Positions 7,250 to 14,413 of a stretch of DNA of 22,203 nt are shown one piece after another. The translations under genes and the position numbers were made by a program. The notes under the pieces were generated by a model that was not told the DNA's origin, ran no database searches, and saw nothing but the letters and a program-made list of their open reading frames with translations. Source of the DNA: Promethearchaeota archaeon (GTDB taxonomy: Archaea; Asgardarchaeota; Lokiarchaeia; Sigyniarchaeales; SOKP01); contig JBHLNT010000065.1 of NCBI GenBank assembly GCA_048941265.1, positions 1 through 22,203 on the forward strand, written 5' to 3'. The stretch's first letter is position 1, and each line of letters begins with the position of its first letter.

Positions 7250-8641
7250 ATGAATGAGATACCCACTATTGAAAAAGAAGTAAAGTTACGACGAGAATTG
7301 GGTTTATGGTCTGTCATATTTTTTGTCTATGGATATGTAGTTGGAGCTGGCATTTTAATTCAAACAGGAGTTACTGCTGGTGTCACAGGTCCAGCTTTGT
7401 GGCTTGCTTTTTTAATAGCAGGAATACCTGCCGTTATAGGTGCGATTCTTATTTGTTATGTTGTTTCCGCATTTCCGGTTAGCGGAGGCGCTTGGGTTTA
7501 TAGTTCAAGATTAGGTTCTCCGTTTATTGGTATGATTGTTGTAGCTACAGTGATATTAAATATTATTGGAGGATTAGCATTATTAGCTTTAGGATTTGGA
7601 GTCTATTTTGAGGTTTTTATTCCAGGATCATTTTTAATAGTAGCTATATTGATATTAATAATCTTTTATATCGTCAATATTTTTGGGATTAAATTTACTA
7701 GTTGGTTGCAGATATTACTTGCGATTTGTGGAGATTTTCTGGTAATTTTTATTTTCATCATATTTGGATTACCCCATATAGATATAAATAAACTAAAGGG
7801 GACTGGTACAGGCGGAATGTTTCCAATGGGGATTATTGGCATCTTTATGGGCGCTGTAATTTTAAGTTTTTCCTATCAAGGTTTTACCGCAGTAGCTGAA
7901 ATTGGTGGAGAAATAAAAAATCCGAGAAAAAACATACCATTAGGATTATTAATTAGTTTTTTTTTAATTGCTACTGTTTACATATTAGTTTCTATTGTCA
8001 TGACAGGAAATATGGATTGGAGAACATTAGGCGAAATAGAGGGGAATTTAGTTGACGTAGCAGCATTATTCTTTCCTCCATGGGTTCTAATCTTCTTAAG
8101 TATCATGATTTTAATCGCTATAGCTTCCACGATTCATGGGATTCTCCTAGCTTACTCCAGAAACCTTTTTAGCGCTGCGCGTGATAAGTTATTACCATCC
8201 TTTCTAGCGAAACTTAATAAAAAATTTAAGACCCCTCATTGGTCTATAACGATATTCGTAGTTGGAGCAATAATACTCCTATTCTTTCAAGCTAGTATAA
8301 TAGACCTATCAATTGTATTAGCATTTACAGGCTCAATTACGGCACTAATACTTGCATTGGTTCCTCTTAAACTGGAAAAAAAATTTCCTGAACTTATTGA
8401 GAAATCCCAATTCAAACTAAGCAGGAAGGTTTTAGTGGCGTGTGTAGTTATTAACGTCGCATATGCCATTTTATCGCTTATTTTAATGGTATTAATTTCT
8501 CCTATTGCAGTTTTGATTTCTTTATGTTTTTATCTTGGTGCTATTGTCTATTATGTAATAAGAAAGAAGTGGCTTGCTAAAAAAGGGATAGATTTGAAGG
8601 AAATTTGCAGAACAATCCCTGAAGAAACCCTCGAAGTGTAA
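7250..8641 (+). CDS. APC-family amino acid/polyamine permease
   Basis: About 12 TM segments; LRRELGL, VVGAGI (TM1 unwound motif), GGAWVY, FSYQGF..AEIGGEIKNPRKNIP, SRNLFSAARD.LLP. Confidence 0.93.
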   Translation: MNEIPTIEKEVKLRRELGLWSVIFFVYGYVVGAGILIQTGVTAGVTGPALWLAFLIAGIPAVIGAILICYVVSAFPVSGGAWVYSSRLGSPFIGMIVVATVILNIIGGLALLALGFGVYFEVFIPGSFLIVAILILIIFYIVNIFGIKFTSWLQILLAICGDFLVIFIFIIFGLPHIDINKLKGTGTGGMFPMGIIGIFMGAVILSFSYQGFTAVAEIGGEIKNPRKNIPLGLLISFFLIATVYILVSIVMTGNMDWRTLGEIEGNLVDVAALFFPPWVLIFLSIMILIAIASTIHGILLAYSRNLFSAARDKLLPSFLAKLNKKFKTPHWSITIFVVGAIILLFFQASIIDLSIVLAFTGSITALILALVPLKLEKKFPELIEKSQFKLSRKVLVACVVINVAYAILSLILMVLISPIAVLISLCFYLGAIVYYVIRKKWLAKKGIDLKEICRTIPEETLEV

Positions 8642-8726
8642 GTATAAAATCTTAATACTTAATTTTTATTCTTAATTTGGTAAAGTAAATTATATTCACT
8701 TTTTGATATTGGAGAATGATTAAAAA

Positions 8727-10337
8727 TTGGAACGTTTAATATTTTTTGGCGGACCTATCATTACTATGAACGATAGTCATTTGCTCATTGAAGCAGTGGG
8801 CATTGAAGGTGATAAAATAATAGCAGCGGGCAATTTGGAAGAAATTAAAAACAAAATTGGTAATAATTATAAATTAATCGATCTGAATGGATGTACGCTA
8901 TTACCAGGCTTTATTGATTCCCATTTTCATATTGTCCCAATTTTGTTTTTTTATGTTTTTCTTAATCTCGCTGAGGTTAAGAGTTTAAAGGAGCTTAAAG
9001 AGCAATTGATTCAAACTGTTCATAAGAAAAAACCTGGTGAATTCATATACGGTCTAAATTTAAAGGAGGAACAATTTGAAGACCTTGAAGAAAGAGTTCT
9101 ACCAAATCGCTTTTTGCTAGACGATATTTGTCCAGATAATCCCGTGTTCCTCTTACGGTACGATGGACATGTAGGTGTTGTAAATACCAAAGCGTTAGAA
9201 TTAGCTGGAATTGATAATAAAACTATATCACCTGAAGGCGGAGAGATTAGACGAAATGAAAAGGGTGAAATCACGGGTGTTTTGTCTGAAAATGCCACTT
9301 CCTTAATTATGACAAAGGTTTCACTCCCGGATCCCGATGAGATAATGAAAGCGGCAGCGCAAGCTTATCGAGATTTAGCGGTTGAAGGTATAACTTCTAT
9401 TCATGGAATTGTCGAATTAGATAAAGAGGGTGGAGTGGTAAACCTCGGAGGTCTTGAAATCCCCCTATTGAAAACGATGAAAGATAAAATACTTCAAGAT
9501 TGGTATGGGATTGTCTATACTGCCGAACCGAAAAAATTAAAACGACTGCAAAAACCTCCCTTGGATGATGGTAAATTAGACAGTAGATTTAAAATTGGAT
9601 GCTTAAAATCTTGGTTTGACGGTACTTTTGGAGCCGCCACAGCTCTTATGTTAGAACCTTATTCAGATCATCCAGAAAGCAGCGGTTTTTCAGTTATTGA
9701 CGAGGGTGTTCTATATGAAAGGATGGTAAAGGCTCATAACTTAGGATTTCAAATCGCCTTGCATGCAATTGGCGATAAGGCAAATCAGACCGTAATCAAC
9801 TTGTATAAAAAGCTTCTAAGTCAATACCCTCGAAATAACCATAGACATAGAATCGAACACGCATCAATGCTTACCGCAGAAATGATAAAGGATATGAAAG
9901 ATTTAGGTTTAATAGCCTCGTGTCAACCACCCTTTATTAATTCTGAACATAGCTGGTTAGAGAAACGAATAGGCAAGGAACGATGTATAATTACTTACCC
10001 TTTTAAGTCACTGATTAAGGCGGGAGTGATTATTGCGGCAGGTTCAGACGGACCTGTTGAGAATCCAAACGTAATTGATGGTATACATGCAATGGTTCAT
10101 CGAAACGGCTTTGTTCCCGAGGAATGTGTGTCGATTATGGATGCTTTAAAAGCATATACGATTAATGGAGCCTATGCAGCATTCCAAGAAGAGATTAAGG
10201 GGAGTATAGAGGTTGGAAAATTAGCAAATTTTGTCATCTTGAATAAAAATCCCCTTGAAGTCCCAAAAGAAGAGATAAAAAAAATTCAAGTTCTGGAGAC
10301 CATTATAAGAGGAAAAACAGTATTTAAAAAGAGCTGA
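8727..10337 (+). CDS. YtcJ-like metal-dependent amidohydrolase (Amidohydro_3)
   Basis: PGFIDSHFH, DGHVGVVNTKAL, ALHAIGD, HRIEHAS, GSDGP, GSIEVGKLANFVIL; TTG start after GGAG. Confidence 0.92.
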   Translation: MERLIFFGGPIITMNDSHLLIEAVGIEGDKIIAAGNLEEIKNKIGNNYKLIDLNGCTLLPGFIDSHFHIVPILFFYVFLNLAEVKSLKELKEQLIQTVHKKKPGEFIYGLNLKEEQFEDLEERVLPNRFLLDDICPDNPVFLLRYDGHVGVVNTKALELAGIDNKTISPEGGEIRRNEKGEITGVLSENATSLIMTKVSLPDPDEIMKAAAQAYRDLAVEGITSIHGIVELDKEGGVVNLGGLEIPLLKTMKDKILQDWYGIVYTAEPKKLKRLQKPPLDDGKLDSRFKIGCLKSWFDGTFGAATALMLEPYSDHPESSGFSVIDEGVLYERMVKAHNLGFQIALHAIGDKANQTVINLYKKLLSQYPRNNHRHRIEHASMLTAEMIKDMKDLGLIASCQPPFINSEHSWLEKRIGKERCIITYPFKSLIKAGVIIAAGSDGPVENPNVIDGIHAMVHRNGFVPEECVSIMDALKAYTINGAYAAFQEEIKGSIEVGKLANFVILNKNPLEVPKEEIKKIQVLETIIRGKTVFKKS

Positions 10338-10468
10338 TTTTTTTTCCTCTCATTTTTCTGAAAGTTTATGCTTTATCAGAATTATCTATAAACTGGAAGT
10401 GTCTTATTTTATAAATGAAAGGGTAAACTATATTACTAAATTATTTGTAGAAAATAGTGAATTAAAAG

Positions 10469-10873
10469 ATGTATGATACACTTAAAACTTACAAGAATAA
10501 AAAATATACAGGAATGGAGATTGGTCATTCTCACTTTTGGAATTATAAGGATGGCAAATGGTATGAAACTAAAAAAGCTCCCGATCGATGGAGTTTTAAT
10601 TTTAATAGCGTTAAAACAAGAGTAAATGCTGCTCCTATTCATAGTGGTGCAAGTATTCAAACTAAATATCATTGGTACATAATAGCTGATCAAATCGCTA
10701 CCAAGATTAATCCAAATTCTTATTGGACAACGATGAAAGGAGTTAAATTCAAAATTGGGCATAAAAGACCACATTGGAAGACTTTTAGTTATGACTATCC
10801 CGAGCAGATTTCTTATAAGGAACAAATTATAGCTATATTAGAATGTATTCTTAAAAAGTTAAAAGAAGAATAG
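10469..10873 (+). CDS. Conserved hypothetical protein (basic, aromatic-rich, 134 aa)
   Basis: Motifs YTGM.IG.SH.W.Y..G.W.ETK, YHWYI.A.Q and G.K.K..HKR resemble an uncharacterised family recalled from bacteria (from memory, unverified). Confidence 0.75.
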   Translation: MYDTLKTYKNKKYTGMEIGHSHFWNYKDGKWYETKKAPDRWSFNFNSVKTRVNAAPIHSGASIQTKYHWYIIADQIATKINPNSYWTTMKGVKFKIGHKRPHWKTFSYDYPEQISYKEQIIAILECILKKLKEE

Positions 10874-10941
10874 AATAATATTGAGCACATATAATTTAAT
10901 CTTGAGTTTTAAGTTTTTACTAAAATAGTGAAGAAAAAATT

Positions 10942-11541
10942 TTATTTTAAATTTGTTATATCATCTTGCAATACTTTTATTTCCTTCTCTCTTTCCCTTA
11001 TTTCGTTTAGAAAATGATTTAAATTTTCTTGTTCTTGTTTAAACGACGAGTTTATTATCATTGCTTTCGATTGAGAGCCGCTACCTTCCGCTATCATTTT
11101 TAAATATTTTAGTTGGAGTTTTGATAAATTTAATCGGATATTTGCAGCATGAATTTTCATATTTGCCAAATCAATCTTCTTTCTAGCCAAATTTTCTTCT
11201 AATTCTGCGATAGATTTATGCTTTTTCGCCATTTCCAATTGATCTTCAGCGACTTTTTCATGATGTTTTATAAAATCCCTATCTTTTTTTAATTCCTCCT
11301 CAGAAAGCTCTAATATTTCTTTAGATTTAATTTTGTTTTCCAATAATTTCTCATTATCCTCAATAAATTCCTTTCTTAGTTTTGCTAAATTAAGTTCTCT
11401 TTCTACAAATTTTTCTCGTGTTTTTGCTTTTTTCAAGAGATTTTTAGCTAATTGTTTTAATTCAGATGCAATTATTTTTTCTCTTTTTGCGACAATCAAA
11501 TTTTCTCGAGCAACTATTTCAAGCTTAAGCGTATTTTCCAT
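10942..11541 (-). CDS. Long coiled-coil hypothetical protein (199 aa)
   Basis: K/E/L/A-rich, proline-free, heptad pattern throughout with one GSGS hinge. Confidence 0.75.
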   Translation of the reverse strand: MENTLKLEIVARENLIVAKREKIIASELKQLAKNLLKKAKTREKFVERELNLAKLRKEFIEDNEKLLENKIKSKEILELSEEELKKDRDFIKHHEKVAEDQLEMAKKHKSIAELEENLARKKIDLANMKIHAANIRLNLSKLQLKYLKMIAEGSGSQSKAMIINSSFKQEQENLNHFLNEIREREKEIKVLQDDITNLK

Positions 11542-11780
11542 AAAACATTCAAAACCTTAATTTTTTCCTCTCATTAAAGAGTTATATAGATATATACCAA
11601 GATCTATAAATGCTTTTCTTAAATAATTTGAAGGTCACAAAAATTAATTTTTAAAATCTGAGTTTTAAATACAAATAGTTTAGAAGAATATTCTTAAAAA
11701 ATTAAAAGAAGAAATGTAAACTCTAAAATTTTTCAACATGGATATATTAACTCTTATTTAAAACCATGATTTTTACTCAA

Positions 11781-11924
11781 TTAATCATTTTCTAAACATT
11801 CAAACATTTTTTTTGAGCAACGGCACCTCGGGCACTTAAATTCATCGTCAAGCTCTTCAAAGGGAATTTCTCTTTTCTCATCAATATACAGAAATTGGCA
11901 TCGTTTACATCTATAAGTCGGCAT
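11781..11924 (-). CDS. Divergent rubredoxin-like protein (47 aa; absent from ORF track)
   Basis: Manual translation MPTYRCKRCQFLYIDEKREIPFEELDDEFKCPRCRCSKKMFECLEND*; CxxC...Y...FEEL..EFKCPxC...F; starts 45 nt downstream of the oxidoreductase. Confidence 0.85.
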   Translation of the reverse strand: MPTYRCKRCQFLYIDEKREIPFEELDDEFKCPRCRCSKKMFECLEND

Positions 11925-11969
11925 ATTTTTTAACGCATTTTCTTTTTTTATTTATTAATATATATATCT

Positions 11970-13322
11970 TTATGATTCTTTTTTCTTAAATCCGGACTTA
12001 GGGCCTTTACAATTGGGGCATTTCCAATCTTCAGGTAAGTATTTGAATAATGTTTCCATTTTAGCATCATCATATTCAGCTCCGCAATTTCCACAAATCC
12101 ATATATATAAATTAATTGCTTCTCTTAATTCAGATTCATTTATAGGTTTCTCAATATTTTTATTAACATATGGAATTGCATTTTTTTCTCCAAATAAGAT
12201 TGCCCCTTTCAAGGTGTTATCTTTTAATACGATTTTTTTATAACAACCACCTTTTCTATCTATTTCTTTCATAATTTCCCATCCAGCGCCAACTAAATCT
12301 TTGTCTGAAGGATCATATATTCCTACAGAAGTAAGATCTATTCCAACAATCTTCAGCGTATTTTTCGGAACCGTACCTTCATATTCGATATTTTTATTAC
12401 CTACAACCGATGCTGCTACTATTTTTGATTGTTCTAGGCACGCTGGAATTATTCCCCAAGTTTGATTTTTATATTCTATACAATCTCCTACAGCATATAT
12501 GTCTTTAACACTGGTTTCTAAAAATTTATTGACAATAATCCCTCGATTAGTCTCTAAATTAGCATCCTTGGCAAGATCAATGGTATTTCGTATTCCCGCT
12601 TGAATTAATACCATATCTGCTTCAATATTTCTTCCACCCTTTATTCTAATTCCATTGATACCACCATTAACGACAATTTCTTCAGTGGTAGCATCCAAAA
12701 TTACCTTTATTCCCATATTCTCTATTTCTTCTTTCAGCATATCTCCACAACCAACATCTAATTGGCGTGGTAGCAGTCTGGGAAAGAATTCCACAACCGT
12801 GGTATCTAATTCGCAGTTTCTAATTTGTCTTGCCAGTTCCAATCCCAATAATCCTCCCCCAATGATAACTACTTTATTGACCTTTTTTTTTTGGATATAG
12901 TCTCGAATCTCAATTGCATTATCGATATTTCGTAATGTGAAAACACCCTTACCAATCATTTCTACAGCATTTTTAATTGGTGGAATATTTGGCATGCTCC
13001 CAGTGGCAAGGATAAGTTTATCATAAGATACGGGGGCATTTTCATTTTCAATAAAAATTTGTCTATTATTTGGATCAATTTTTACAATGTTTCTATTTAA
13101 ATGAGATTCAATTTTTTTATTTTTGTACCAATCTTCTTTAAAAACCGTAAAATCATTAATAGTGACTCGTTCACTAATCAATTCAGGAAGTTTTATTCTT
13201 GTATAATAGGGATACTTCTCTTTGGAATAGATCTCAATTTCTACATCATTGTTCAAGTTTCGGATATGTTGAGCTGAGAAAGTACCAGCAACTCCATTTC
13301 CTATAATCACAACTTTCATCAT
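11970..13322 (-). CDS. FAD-dependent NAD(P)H:rubredoxin oxidoreductase-like protein with fused C-terminal rubredoxin domain
   Basis: GNGVAG (FAD), LILATGS, GGGLLGLE (NAD(P)H), TSVKDIYAVGDC; C-terminal WICGNCG..Y...LPEDWKCPNC. Confidence 0.92.
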   Translation of the reverse strand: MMKVVIIGNGVAGTFSAQHIRNLNNDVEIEIYSKEKYPYYTRIKLPELISERVTINDFTVFKEDWYKNKKIESHLNRNIVKIDPNNRQIFIENENAPVSYDKLILATGSMPNIPPIKNAVEMIGKGVFTLRNIDNAIEIRDYIQKKKVNKVVIIGGGLLGLELARQIRNCELDTTVVEFFPRLLPRQLDVGCGDMLKEEIENMGIKVILDATTEEIVVNGGINGIRIKGGRNIEADMVLIQAGIRNTIDLAKDANLETNRGIIVNKFLETSVKDIYAVGDCIEYKNQTWGIIPACLEQSKIVAASVVGNKNIEYEGTVPKNTLKIVGIDLTSVGIYDPSDKDLVGAGWEIMKEIDRKGGCYKKIVLKDNTLKGAILFGEKNAIPYVNKNIEKPINESELREAINLYIWICGNCGAEYDDAKMETLFKYLPEDWKCPNCKGPKSGFKKKES

Positions 13323-13375
13323 TTTTTAATGATTTTTCTTCTTATTTTAAGGTTTTTATTATGAGTTGTTAATTT

Positions 13376-13385
13376 GAACATGTTC
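13376..13385. promoter_or_regulatory. Palindrome GAACATGTTC between divergent redox genes (candidate operator)
   Basis: Perfect 10-bp palindrome near the centre of the 119-bp divergent intergenic region. Confidence 0.3.
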
Positions 13386-13450
13386 GCAAGTAAAAATATA
13401 TTCCGCTTGGTTTATTTTTAACTTAAGAAATTAAAAGAGGTATGATAAAA

Positions 13451-14236
13451 ATGACTATAACTAAAGAGAGAAAATTAGTTAATAGAAAAATAATTGAGAT
13501 TGATGAGGATTTATGCACTGGATGTGGCAATTGTGTAATTACTTGTGCTGAAGGAGCATTAGAAATTATCGATGGAAAAGCAAAGGTTGTAAATGATGTT
13601 TTTTGTGATGGGCTTGGTGCATGTTTGGGAGAGTGCCCTGAAGGTGCCTTAAAAATAATTGAGCGAGAAGCTCCAAAATTCGATGAGGAGGCTGTGGAAG
13701 AGCATCTTGAAAAATTAAAATCTAAAGAACGCCAAGAACAGCATATGACAACTCAAGAACCTGGGGATGTTGCTTGCGGATGTCCCGGGTCTCGCATGAT
13801 GACCTTTACTGAATGTGATGATGGACAAGACCAAGTGCTAGAGGGGACAATAAAATCTCAATTGCGTCAATGGCCAATTCAAATGCATTTAATCTCACCT
13901 ACAGCACCTTATTATCAGAGAGCAGATGTGCTCCTTTCTGCTGATTGTGTGGGATATTCGCTTGGAAGCTTTCATCCTGAATATCTAAAAGGTAAATCGC
14001 TTGCTATTGCCTGCCCGAAACTAGATCAAGGTCAAGATGTTTATATAGAAAAAATCCGCTCATGGATAGATGACGCTAAAATAAATACTTTGACAGTTCT
14101 CACAATGCAAGTTCCTTGCTGTTCTGGATTAGTATATCTCGCCAAAGAAGGTGCTGCGAGAGCAAATAGAAAAGTCCCAATCAAAAGCATTGTCGTCAGC
14201 CTGCAAGGCGATATATTACGTGAAGAATGGCTTTAA
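13451..14236 (+). CDS. 2x[4Fe-4S] ferredoxin-domain protein with Cys-rich C-terminal domain (type often found near hybrid-cluster protein genes)
   Basis: CTGCGNCVITCAEGA and CDGLGACLGECP, then CGCPGS, SQLRQWPIQ, ADC, ACPKLD, VPCCSG. ATG 13451 is better spaced from SD GAGGT than ATG 13442. Confidence 0.88.
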   Translation: MTITKERKLVNRKIIEIDEDLCTGCGNCVITCAEGALEIIDGKAKVVNDVFCDGLGACLGECPEGALKIIEREAPKFDEEAVEEHLEKLKSKERQEQHMTTQEPGDVACGCPGSRMMTFTECDDGQDQVLEGTIKSQLRQWPIQMHLISPTAPYYQRADVLLSADCVGYSLGSFHPEYLKGKSLAIACPKLDQGQDVYIEKIRSWIDDAKINTLTVLTMQVPCCSGLVYLAKEGAARANRKVPIKSIVVSLQGDILREEWL

Positions 14237-14369
14237 TTTAAATAAACTTGAAAGTTAAATCCAATTTTTTTGCCATATTTTTTTATTTATTAACGTTTCA
14301 GATAATACCATTCATATTAGTCTTTATTTTAAAATACTATTAAATATTAAAGGATAATTTTTATTTAAC

Positions 14370-14381
14370 AATAACGTTATT
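14370..14381. promoter_or_regulatory. Palindrome AATAACGTTATT upstream of GRE gene (candidate operator)
   Basis: Perfect 12-bp palindrome just downstream of a TATA-like TTTTTATTTAA and 32 nt before the TTG start; a related TAACGTT occurs at 14291-14297. Confidence 0.3.
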
Positions 14382-14413
14382 ATAATTAGGGAAGATTTTA
14401 CGAGGATTTAAGA

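Noticed and set aside
7123-7317. Minus-strand 64-aa ORF
   Set aside because: Overlaps the permease start and the AT-rich divergent promoter region; no motif.
8287-12900. Short opposite-strand ORFs 8287-8469, 9020-9298, 10436-10825, 11333-11560, 12013-12243, 12655-12900
   Set aside because: All are antisense shadows of better-supported genes.
11970-13322. Nitrite reductase NirB or CoA-disulfide reductase call
   Set aside because: No siroheme or BFD domains, and no redox Cys in the position after the first FAD motif (PYYTRIKL); the rubredoxin fusion fits a rubredoxin reductase.
13451-14236. Higher GC in the Fe-S protein gene as evidence of a mobile element or recent transfer
   Set aside because: GC looks elevated by eye but is partly explained by Cys/Gly/Ala/Pro content; no integrase, terminal repeats or target duplication seen.
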